A stretch of 64,000 bases of DNA. Source: Ruditapes philippinarum (lineage: Eukaryota). Position 1 is the first letter of the stretch. Every line of letters starts with the position of its first letter. The translations under genes were made by a program, and so were the position numbers. This document shows positions 25,889 through 37,800 of the stretch, piece after piece. The stretch covers positions 124,001 to 188,000 of the forward strand of contig NW_026865813.1 in NCBI RefSeq assembly GCF_026571515.1. The letters are read 5' to 3'. The notes beneath the pieces are model-generated. The model had not been told where the DNA came from. It ran no database searches and was given only the letters and a program-made list of their open reading frames with translations.

Positions 25889-28800
25889 TCATTTCCAGGA
25901 GAGAAGAACAAAGTTTCTTGGTGAAAGTTCTGGGTCAAATACTGGCACTAAAGCACTTACATGTCCTGAAAAAGATTTCAAATGCATTATTTTTGACAGT
26001 AAATATAACAGGAATTTGAAATGAACTTAATTTCAACAAATGAAGAAATGTAAATCAAAACAAAATGTACAGAATTTTATATACAAATGTACAAAAGAAC
26101 CTAGAAAACTCATTTAAGTAAATTAAATCCCTGGGAGGTCTATTTAGTCAAAAAAGGGGCCTATACCAATCAACTGAATAAATAAAGGCAGAGGGTGGGG
26201 CTAGGCACTTTAATAAAAGAGATAAAAAAAATTCAATCAGCCATTTTTTATACAAGTATGTATATCAGTCATATGCATTTATAAAATTTTGGGATTATTC
26301 TTATGGGGAAAACTAACAAAATCTAACCAGATGTTTAAGACCAACACATTTAAACACAATTTATTACTGACAGCAAATATAAGCCAATCTCAAACAACTG
26401 AAAATAATTTTAGAACTATCACATAAAAACTTAAATTTGTGCATGGCCGAGTGGTCAACACGTCAGATTAGTAATCTAATGATCGCAGCCTCATAGGTCC
26501 AAACCTCGTCAGGGGAAAGTTTGTTTCCTTGAGCAAAAACTTTACACTTATTGCTCAGTATGGTTGGTTCCAGGAACAGATTCAAAAGTGTGTCTATAAG
26601 CTTATAGCTTCCTACACAATCAAATCAAATAAATCCTGTATGAAACAAATTTATCTAATATTTCTATAATCTGTACAATAAGTGTAACTATTAGAAGAAT
26701 GTTCTACAAATATTTCTTACTTCTACCTTTTTCAAATAAGAACATCATCCTGTCAAGAAGGACTAGTGTTTCTACAACAGGGGCTAAAGCAAGACGTATT
26801 GTATAAAATGCCACCACATCTTTCCATCTCTCTGTCATTCTTTCTGCTTGATGGAATAACTCCTCTGTTAACTGGTCTTGTGGAATATTCAGTTTTTGTA
26901 GACCAAGTTCAACATATCTGTTTGAGCAAAAAAAATACAAGAATAAACATTGGACCAAATTTATTTCAATGTAACAAACCGATATATCTTAGAATATCTA
27001 CTAGAACATCGTTCTTCTATAACAGTTATACTTTATTCTTGCATAAAAACTGCTCATGCAGGTATACATCAACAGAAAAGAAAACATGAATAAACAGATA
27101 GATTCTTGTGTCCATGTGCTGTTGTTGCATTGTTTTGTTAAATGAGACTAAGGGCCACATATCAAAAAGCTTAATGCAATAATGACCCCAGTAGTTGTTG
27201 TATTTTTGTTTTTGATAAGCATGACTAAAACAGCTTAATGAAATAACAGCCCCAGTAGTTTTTGGTTTCAAGTCATAACTAAACTATCAAGGTCCTATGG
27301 CTAACTTTAATTTTTGAGGATGAGAAAAGCCCTCCAGTAACCTTTCCATCCTTTTATTCACAATGGGCACCTACATGTATGTAGGACAAAAACCCTGAGA
27401 TAGCTGCAGCTTAAACATTCTGACAAAATAGAATTTCAACATTCCTGATAGATCTAGACTTTTAACTCAAAGCAGTTATGGGCAAGTACAATAATTCAAA
27501 ATTTGTAACCTTATAAAATCAGTTATGAAGGTCCCTAAATTGATAAATGTATATTAGTTTATCAGAATCATCCATACTTTTCAAACTGTAGATCTTTCAT
27601 CTTCCTTGAGGGTATTTGCACTGCAGTTCTTTTAAAATCTGGACATAATTTATTGGCAATCCATTCAAGAGCAGCTCGGTAGCTGTGAATCTTCAACAAA
27701 GGTGGACTTTCTGAAATTTAAGAAATCTTGGTGAATAAAACAAATACATCTTACCAGAATAGAAGTTATTTGAGAAATATTTTGGTTGTTGCTAAAGTAT
27801 GTGAATACATATACATGTACTAACACTGAAAAGAAAAAAAAACAACTAGAAATACATGTATGCTCACATGACATTTATTCCCCACTCTACATTTGGTGTC
27901 ACATTGCATGTGAACATACTTATGCATATTTTAAGTGTTATATTTAATTAAAACATAATATACATATATGATGATATTATCATTAGTAAGTTTCAAAAAG
28001 GGTCTGACCGAAACAAGGCGGTGATATGCACATCTCCTCATGGTATTGAAGGAATCCATAAAGTTTAATTGAATTACAGCCAGTAGTAGCAGAGAAGTAG
28101 CCCAGAAACAATTATTGCTCTATATGCATACTGTATAACTAATCAAGGGCCATAACTCTAAGTTATATTTTATATTTTCATAATCTGAAGACATGCTACT
28201 TACCTACAGGTACCTTTAAAACATTATCTTAGTCCTCAAAAACCTACCTTTTAATCTCTGTGAATATGTATCAGCAAAGTGACAAGCCAATTCCCTGCTG
28301 GCATAAGATTGCTGGTGATGAGGTAATGATATACAGAAATTACTCATTGGATAACCAACCATACCAGTCTCACAACTGTTAATGAAATAAATATAAAAGT
28401 TATTATAACTTATTATGACTAAGCAAGGACTTATCAAGGACAAATCATGCTAAACTAGGTATATTTAAGATATTTGCTGACACAGATGAAAACTGTATAT
28501 AAATCAAATAAAATGTTCCAGAACATAATATGATGCTGCTATTTCAAGAAAAATTTTAACTGATAAGCAATGATTTTCTGCATGCACCTTTAGATGAAAA
28601 GGAAATGTAACAACATATTTCTTTAATACAGGCATTTTGGAATTACATGTATTTTCTTTTCAAAAATTCAATCAAAAATTGTGTAAACGGCAGGCAGCAG
28701 ATGTTTAGCTTTATTCACTTTAAATATTACTAAATACAGAACAAGCTCTGCGGGACAACACCCTTCGCGAGACAAAGATTTTGGTTGCTGCATAGAGGTG

Positions 28801-31800
28801 TTGTTCTGGTGCGGTCAAACTTATTGTGAAGCCTTACTTTTGGAAAAAATGACTGTTGTACAGAGGTGATTTCTCTACAGAGGTCCACTCTGTCGAGATT
28901 GTACTGTAATTACTACTTTATAGAATAATACCTTTCATCTGATATCTTCATATAACAACAGCCAACTGATGCCAAACCAACTGCTGCTTGGCAATTAACA
29001 AAGAATCGTAGAAATGTGGGTGTCAGATCACCACATGCATGTAACCCCGTCAGCATAAACTTCCAGTTGTCAACATCAAGATGACCTGTGACCTCTGACT
29101 TACAAGCAACAGAATAATCTTGACCGGTACTTAGCTGTGTATTATGCCGGCTTTTGAAATCATTGTCATCAAATGGATTCACACAACTGTCACATCCTTC
29201 AGTAGTCGTTTCCACAGAATTACACGATAAAACATGGTCATTCTTTATATCACATTTTATTGATTGAGTTTTTGATTTTTCATTTTCATTAAAGTTTGAC
29301 TTAGATGTTGTATCACTTATAGTAACAATGTTTGACTGAGTAACAGATTCTGAACAGTTTTCTAACTTCAAACAACCATCTTGTGCAATTTGTGATTCAA
29401 CTTTAGCATATTTGATATCTTTAATTCCTTCAAGTAACTGACTGTTATCCTGTGTTCTTTTATTACATTCATTTAAACGATTGATCATTTCATGATGAAC
29501 TGGTTCATTGTTGGATTCTAAATCATCACAGCTGGCATCATCTGGTTCATTCTTATGGTCAATCCTTAATGCAAGATCTTTATTGGTGACATCATAAGCA
29601 CATACCCTGTTTATTTCTGAGTCTTTATCTCTGACATTCATAGAGTTTGACACAAAAGGTTGTCTAATAGTTTCAGTGTCATAATTTTCCTGACATTGTG
29701 ACGTTATTATGGCTATAAATTCCTCGGCAGTCATGTTAGGGTAAATCATGCTCGTCACGTGGCATGGAAGAGGAACCTGTTCACTACTTTTCCCTTTAGC
29801 AGCCTGAAAAAGATATTTTACAACAAATCCCCTATTTTACTCTATAAATGCTAGGCATAATAAGGATTAACCTACACTACCAGTTTAGAGCCAGGATACG
29901 TGTTCACTAAGTGGGGTTGAGGAGGGGTAGGTTAATCAGGCTATAAATTATGAGCTATCCATTGTTAAAGATCCTGTAACACATTTTTTTCATGGTTTTA
30001 TTTCATGATATGATGCTCAAATTAAGATATTTCAATATTGTAAGTTCCAATAAGCATTATTTACAAAGATATTACCCAATTTAACATTTCATGTAAATAA
30101 AGGGAGGTAATTAGAAATTTATTTTCTATAAATTCTAAGTCAAATTTTCCAATAAGAAATGAATGCATGTAATTTATTGATTAAATATAATGTGCACAAA
30201 TATTTGCAGTACACATTTTACATATTCTTCGATGTTTGAAAATTGTTTTATTTGCATAATTATAAACATATATAATTTTTTGCAAGTGTGGTATACACAC
30301 TTATGCTCGCCCATATGGTCTCTTTTCGGTGGCGAGGGTAAACAAACCCAAACACACACACGTATACACACAGTAACAATATCAATCACAAAACATACAG
30401 GATCTTTAATATAAAGGATTTTAATATATACAGCAGAAGACAACACTGCATGATTCATTAACAAAAGAAATAAAAACACTTGAATATAGATTATTCAAAA
30501 ATTTATTATAATTCACACTACCAAAAAAAAAAACAACAACAAACAATCAAAAGTGATTTCTTGAATAAATTATGAAATATGACATAACAATATCAGAATA
30601 AATATTTCACCGGTTTGTAGAAATAGATATGCAAAAAGTGTAACACAATTATTACTTACCAATATTTTCTTTTTTATCTCTCTATCAATTTCCCTGAAAT
30701 ATTAAACTGCTGAAGTATACTTGCACTTCAAGCACAAATTTTTTTTAATTGACTCTTTAACTCTTAATATAAGCATGTTTACGGTGAAAATGCAATATGA
30801 CATTTAACTATATCGTCTTACAGCAATTCAACTACATTATTATTATCTACAGACAAGCTTGAACAACTGAGAGGTCTTACCAGAGTTTATACTGTTCATG
30901 TTGGCTGCTAAAAATTAGTATTTTGTCTTGTGTATTTAGTCTCGCGATCTATTACCGACTGAGATATGCGGGCTGGCTATTAAATTGGCAACATATAGTA
31001 AATAACTTTTTGCAACAGAAATTATGCACTGTAGCTTACCTGTCATATTTGGTGGCTTTAGGTGCATGTGTCCCTGCAGCCTCTACAGATGTTACGTTCA
31101 AGTTGTAGCCAAATGACAGCAACCTAGCCAGATGTCCTAGACCTGAACCCACATCAACAACATTCTTACAATCAATATGCTGGCTTAACATATACACAAC
31201 CTGGCATAAAAATAATATGCTGACTTAACATATACACAACCTGGCATAAAAACAATATGCTACCTTAACATATACACAACCTGGCATAAAAACAATATGC
31301 TGGCTTAACATATACACAACCTGGCATAAAAACAATATGCTGGCTTAACATATACACAACCTGGCATAAAAACAATATGCTGGCTTAACATATACACAAC
31401 CTGGCATAAAAACAATATGCTTGCTTAATACAGTTGACTCTCGGTAACTCGAAATCCAAGGGACTAGGTATTTTACTTCGAGAGAAACGGAATTCGAGTA
31501 ACGTGGGACTATCGCCATTACGTTGACTTCGTACATGTATATACATGTACCTGATTGAATGTGCAAAGAAGTAGGTTTCTTATTGTTGTTAGCGGCAATG
31601 CTGCAATATTTAACCATTGAAATGACGGTAAATCACTTTCAACTACAAATTATAAATGAACAAAAATATATCATTCAAAATTTAATACATGTATATTAAT
31701 AGTGAAACATAAAACACACAATTATATTTGATTTAATTGATCATCGGACGAAAACGAAATTAGCAACTATCGTGAACCGGAAGTACAAAATTAATGTTTG

Positions 31801-34800
31801 CAATATGACGGAACATTAATTATACAAATATCATTTACGTTGATAATACACATCAATACCTAGGCTGTTATTTGACTAGGCTGTTATTTGACTAACACCC
31901 GTCAGACTGGCACGAGTAAACTTTTTTAAAGAAATGTAATTAAATTTTAATTTAGTTATCTAATTGTTAAAAACCAATTAAGTCGTGAAACGGATTAAAG
32001 ACACTTACTTTTACGACGTGTTAATAATACATGATGACCGGCAATTAAAAATTACTATGAAACGTGTAAATCACGAGTGACAACATCTCACCTTGATGTC
32101 GCCGACCTTTGATCAGTCGGCTGTTTTCACCACTTCGACTAATTGAGATGAAAAATATGTGGACTTTAATTGACGGGACCAAATTTTCTTTTCGACTAAA
32201 CAGGAGTCTCGGTAAGTCAAAATTTGACCTAAGCGGAGTTAAAATACAAAGATAAAGAAGGAAATTTGACGGGACTTTAGAAATTATTCGACTAAGGCGG
32301 AATTTTGAGTAAAGCGATTTTGACTTATTGAGAGTCAACTGTATATACACAACCTGGTATAAAAAAACAATATGCTGGCTTAACATATACACAACCTGGT
32401 ATAAAAGCAATATGCTGGCTTAACATATACACAACCTGGCATAAAAATAATATGCTACCTTAACATATACAACAACCTGACATAAAAATAATATGCTACC
32501 TTAAGATATACACAACCTGGCATAAAAACAATATGCTTGCTTAACATATACTCAACCTGACATAAAAATAATATGCTACCTTAACATATACACAACCTGG
32601 CATAAAATCAATATGCTGGCTTAACATATACACAACCTGGCATAAAAACAATATGCTACCTTAACATATACACAACCTGGCATAAAATCAATATGCTGGC
32701 TTAACATATACACAACCTGGCATAAAAAATATTATGCTACCTTAACATATACACAATCTGGCATAAAAACAGTATGCAGACTTAAGATATACACAACCTG
32801 GCATAAAAACAATATGCTGGCTGAACATATACACAACCTGACATGCAAACAATATGCTGACTTAACATATACCGTAATAATTCTATTTAGCGCCCATCCT
32901 CTAATAGACGCCCACCCCCCATATTTTGGACAAAAAACGGCCATTTTTCAGCCCAAAGTTGAAAAATTAACTGTCCCTTTTAAACGCCCATTCCCCGATT
33001 TGAGTACAATTGAGCTTACCTTTACAATTCAAGTTTCCTTATTTCCATTTTCACGTAGGAACGAACTTCCCTTTTCTTGTCTTTTTTTCCGTAAAGTTTA
33101 TATGTACACAGTATTTCAATGCCACCACCTTTTACAAAAGTTCCTTTTGATGATGAACGCGGTTCTCCAAGTATTTTGGCACTGATTTCTACAATAAGTC
33201 CATCTTTGAATAACTTTGTAAGAGGCTGACATAATCCCTCCGGTACTGTATATGTCCAACAAGAAATCCATTTATTTTTTACGATAATTGCGCTATCACT
33301 ATGTTCATTTTCTGGTTCCAAATTACACTGAAGTATAGTTCCGACTGGGCATGTATATTTGTAAACGTGATATCCCTTAATAACAGATTTTAATAGACAC
33401 AAGCATAGGGTTTGCCATAATTCAATGTGTTTTGTGTATAAGATATATATACATGTATAAAAAAATAACCATTCCGAGATGCCAAAAACTCACGCGCCTA
33501 TTTCATTACGTCAGCAAGGTCAACGTGCGGGTTCAATGTATTGGGGCCCAACATGGAGATTAGTTCTGATTAAAAATTAATTTTGAACAATAGACGATAG
33601 TCTTTTTATATCAAAATCCCACATCAATCCTTTAAGAACATATATGCTTGTGTCAGTAAAATCGGTCAGAACTATTCTTAACTTTTTATATCTTACAATT
33701 ATATTGGTGGGTATAAAAAAATGCATAATGATCGGACTCGAAATATTCCATTGACTTTTGAATTGTATAGAACATCCCCAGATTACAGAGTTAATTGGTA
33801 CCTTTACATAATATTTCGTTGGGAAAAATCATAATATTTTTGCAGGCTCATTTTTTATTCCCCTTGCTCGGATACCGGACTCTACATGCATCGGTATTAT
33901 AAGTGCGGAAAAAGAACAGACTTTAGCCGGTACGTTACGATACCGAAATCCGACTTTAGCGTTGTCTGCAATTATAAATCAACATCCGCTCTATCTTCGG
34001 ATTCGATTTCTTCTTATAGTTATGAGGGGCGAGTGGATTTATAAAGCCTTGCTTAGAAAATTAGTTTGTCTTATGAAGATGCGTCTCCAATTAACGCCCA
34101 TCCCCAACTTTCGAAAAGTCTATGATTATAATAAAAGCCCGGGCGCTAAATAGAATTATTACGGTACATGTGTACACAACCTTGCATAAAAACAATATAT
34201 ATACCGATTGAGCATTCATACAGCCTGGGCTTAAAACATATAAGATGGCTCTATGTCAGTTGGTACTCTGGTTATAAATTAAAACAATGCCATTTATCAA
34301 GGTCATCTTGACTAACTTACTAAGTCAAAGAGTTTCTACACAATAAGAGCAATCATCTATTGAAATTTGCTGACTCTCTGTTTAATTAATGTCATATAAT
34401 AATCATAATCATAATACTGTTTGGAAAACAGTTTTCACATAAAAAAATTCTGTAACTTTGACCTATCATACCCAAAAACCTGCTGGGTCTAGCTACCTAC
34501 TAAAAAACTTGGTAATCTTCCTATGAAGTTTGAAGACACAGTGTTCTCTCCAGTTATCCATTGAAATAAAATGCTCTAATGATTAACTGACTGAGAACAA
34601 ACATTTGCAGAACAATCCCGCCTCTTCTAAATCATTATGCACAATTGTCTTTCTATAAATAAATTACATTTATCTTCACTTTTACTCCTGACATACTTTT
34701 ACTACAAACTAACTTTATTCCTTAAAAACAAACCTTTGCCAAGTTTTTAATTTCATGCCGTTTCTTTGGTTTCACGTGTTTCTTGAAAAAAGCATGTAGC

Positions 34801-37800
34801 TCTCCATTGTCATCTGCAAATGCCATCAATGAAACAATAATAATCGTGTGAAAGAAAATAATCTTATCAAAGATAGTACATCATGGTTTAGCAAACACAA
34901 GCGCGGCGTGGGGTGTTAGTGCTTGTCTGTTCAGGGCAACAACAGACCTGGGGATGATAACATTGATCAGTAATTGATTTAATTACAATTAATGCCGCAA
35001 CAATTATAACAAGAGGGCCATGATGGCCCTGAGGTCACTCACCTGTATATAAGCCCCCGGAGCGGGGCCAGTTTAAACCCCAGGGCTTTTATTTGAACAA
35101 ACTTGGAAAACACTCATTAGAAGATGTTTCACAATGTTAAGTTTTTACTACACACATGTAATGAAAAACAATGATCTCACCCGCACCCCGTCTTCCCCCC
35201 CCCCCCCCCCCCCGGGCAGGGCCAATTTTCACCCAAGGGCATTTTATTTGAACAAACTTGGTAGACATCCATAAGAAGATATTTCATGCTAAACATCAAA
35301 GCTTAAGCTCATTGGGTTTTTTAAAAGAAGATTTTTAAGTTTTTACTACACACAATATAGTTAAAAACAATGAACCCCTGGGGCGGGGCAGTTTTGACCC
35401 AGGGCTTTTATTTGAACAAACTTTGTAGACGTTTACTAGAAGATGTTTAATTTGCTTAATATCTAAACCTCTAGCTATTTAGGTTTTTTCAAAGAAGATT
35501 TTTTAAGTTTTTACTATATGCTATAGGGAAAATTTCAAGACCCCCCGGGCGGGGCCAATTTTTGACCCCAGGGCTATTATTTTGAAACAAACTTGTAGAC
35601 ACTCACTAGAAGATGTTTCATGCGAAATATCTAGACTCTAGCTATTTGGGTTTTTTTTCAAAAAGATTATTTAAGTTTTTTTGCTAACACATACAAAAGG
35701 AAAATCACAATGGACCCCCGGGGCCCGGGGCGAAATTTTGGACCCCATGGGATTTTTTTGAACAAACTTGTAGACACCCATTAGAAGATGTTTCCATGCT
35801 GAATAACTTTAGCTCTAGCTCTTTTAAGTTCTTTTCAAAGAAATTTTGTAAGTTTTTAGCTATATGCATATAGGGAAAATCAATTGACCTCCCTGGGGCG
35901 GGGCTCAATGTTTGACCAGGGCTTTTATTTGAACAACTTGGTACACACTCATTAGAGATGTTTCATTGCTGAATATTTATCTCTATAGCTCTTTGGGTTT
36001 TTAAAAGAATGAAATTTTTACCGTTTTTACTAATGCACTATAGGGAAAATCAATGATCCCTGGGGCGGGCCAATTTTGACCCCAGGGATTTTAATTTGAA
36101 ACAAACTTTGGTAGAGACTGCACTAGAAGATGTTCCATGTCCAAATTTCTAAGCTCTAGCTCTTAGGGTTTTTTAAAAGAAGATATTTTAAAGTTTTTCT
36201 TTCGGTTGCCATGGCAACCAGAGTTCTGCATGGAATAATTACTTTTAACAGTCCTTTTTAAGGTGACCACCAAAGGAACATTCCTGTGAAGTTTGGATGA
36301 AATTGGCTTAGTGGTTTATGAGGAGATGTCATTTAAAGTAAAAGTTTACGGACGGACGGCCGGACGCCGGACGGACGGACGCCGGTCGAAAAGCGATCAC
36401 AAAAGCTCACCCTGTCACTTTGTGACACGTGAGCTAAAAATAAAGTTCCAGAGTGTTTAGTATTATCACTGTTATGCATTTCTCAAAAAGGTGAATAGCT
36501 GTGCTGTGTGTTTCGTGTTGATATCTTTAAATTGTTTAAGAAATGCGCTACATTAAAGATTTAGCATGATGATGATGATGACGCCAATACAGGGATCATA
36601 ATAACTAAACTTTTCTTTAAAAGACAGATCAGAAATGACTACAGAACTGTTTGTCGGTTAGGAATTTATATTTATAAGAATGATGACTCTTGACTTTCAG
36701 GAAACACAAACTATGGCTCCCTGGGTAATGGTTACATTTTTGTGCTGTAGTAGATTTAATTTCCTTTCATTTGTTCAAAAATTATAGGGAGGACATCAAT
36801 TGCTAACAGACAGATGGATGGCATACCAGGTGCACAATATTGAAACATCAAATTTTTTAGTTGTATAAAAAAATAACCAAACAAATAAATAAACCAGATC
36901 AAATCTTTAGTATACAAAAGACTGATTTACCAGTCATGTAGGGAAACAGTAATCTGGTGAGTGAAATGGGTGTACACATCTTAAAGACTGCAAAATGTTT
37001 ACACAACTAGACATGGTAACTTACCTAATGGATTAAACTTTACATCTGCATCAATATCATCATTGTCATCATCAGATCTTTCAAATCTCCCTTAAATAAA
37101 ATCATAAAAGATAAAGCTTTGATACATTTTAAAATTAAAGTCAAAATGTAACTATATAATATTTTAAAGTTTCCTGTAAATAACTCGAAACCATCACTAA
37201 GCTCCTCTTTCATCAATCACTAACATTAATAATCTCTTTGATACTATTTCTCAATTACATTTCTGATGAAATTTTACACCTGGACTGCCAAATTTTCTCA
37301 CACATAAAATAAGTACCAGTACGAGTATACAAAACTACTATAATTAAAGGATCCAAATGAAGTGTTTTTTTTTGTTTTTGTTTTTTTCAGTTCACGTATT
37401 CATGAATTAAAATGCTTTGAAAAATTTATTTTAATTATAAAGGTCAGGTCCATTTATCATTATAACATTATTGAGAAGCACACAAGACTAAGTTAAACTT
37501 GCCATTCCTCGGGTGGGCTTTTGCCTACTTACATTGTTTACATGTCTTAATAAAACCTCACATACACCCATAAATGGGATCTACAGGTATAAAATTAGAG
37601 CTTGTAAAAAAAAAAAGGTCAGAAAATCAGGACATGATTAATGCATTTACCAGTAGTGGAAAATCCTACTTTCAGTTTTAAAAAGACAAATAGTTGAAAG
37701 TGATCTTACATTATTTTGTCACAGTATGGTTTTAATCGAAAGTTAACAAAAAGTCATTATTTAGAAGTTGATATCATAGCATTTACAAATTGATCTTCAA

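Larger units (their letters stand above)
31174..34199 (-). repeat. 40-bp minisatellite (~20 copies) built from the METTL25B intron5/exon6 junction, split by two transposon insertions
   Basis: Unit on the sense strand is GTTTTTATGCCAG|GTTGTGTATATGTTAAGCCAGCATATT, with an exact 40-bp period at 31201, 31241, 31281 onward. Blocks are 31174-31430, 32342-32871 and ~34165-34199. Confidence 0.93.

Noticed and set aside
31345-32944. ORFs 31345-31617, 32045-32410 and 32732-32944 as proteins
   Set aside because: Chance read-through of the minisatellite and MITE ends.
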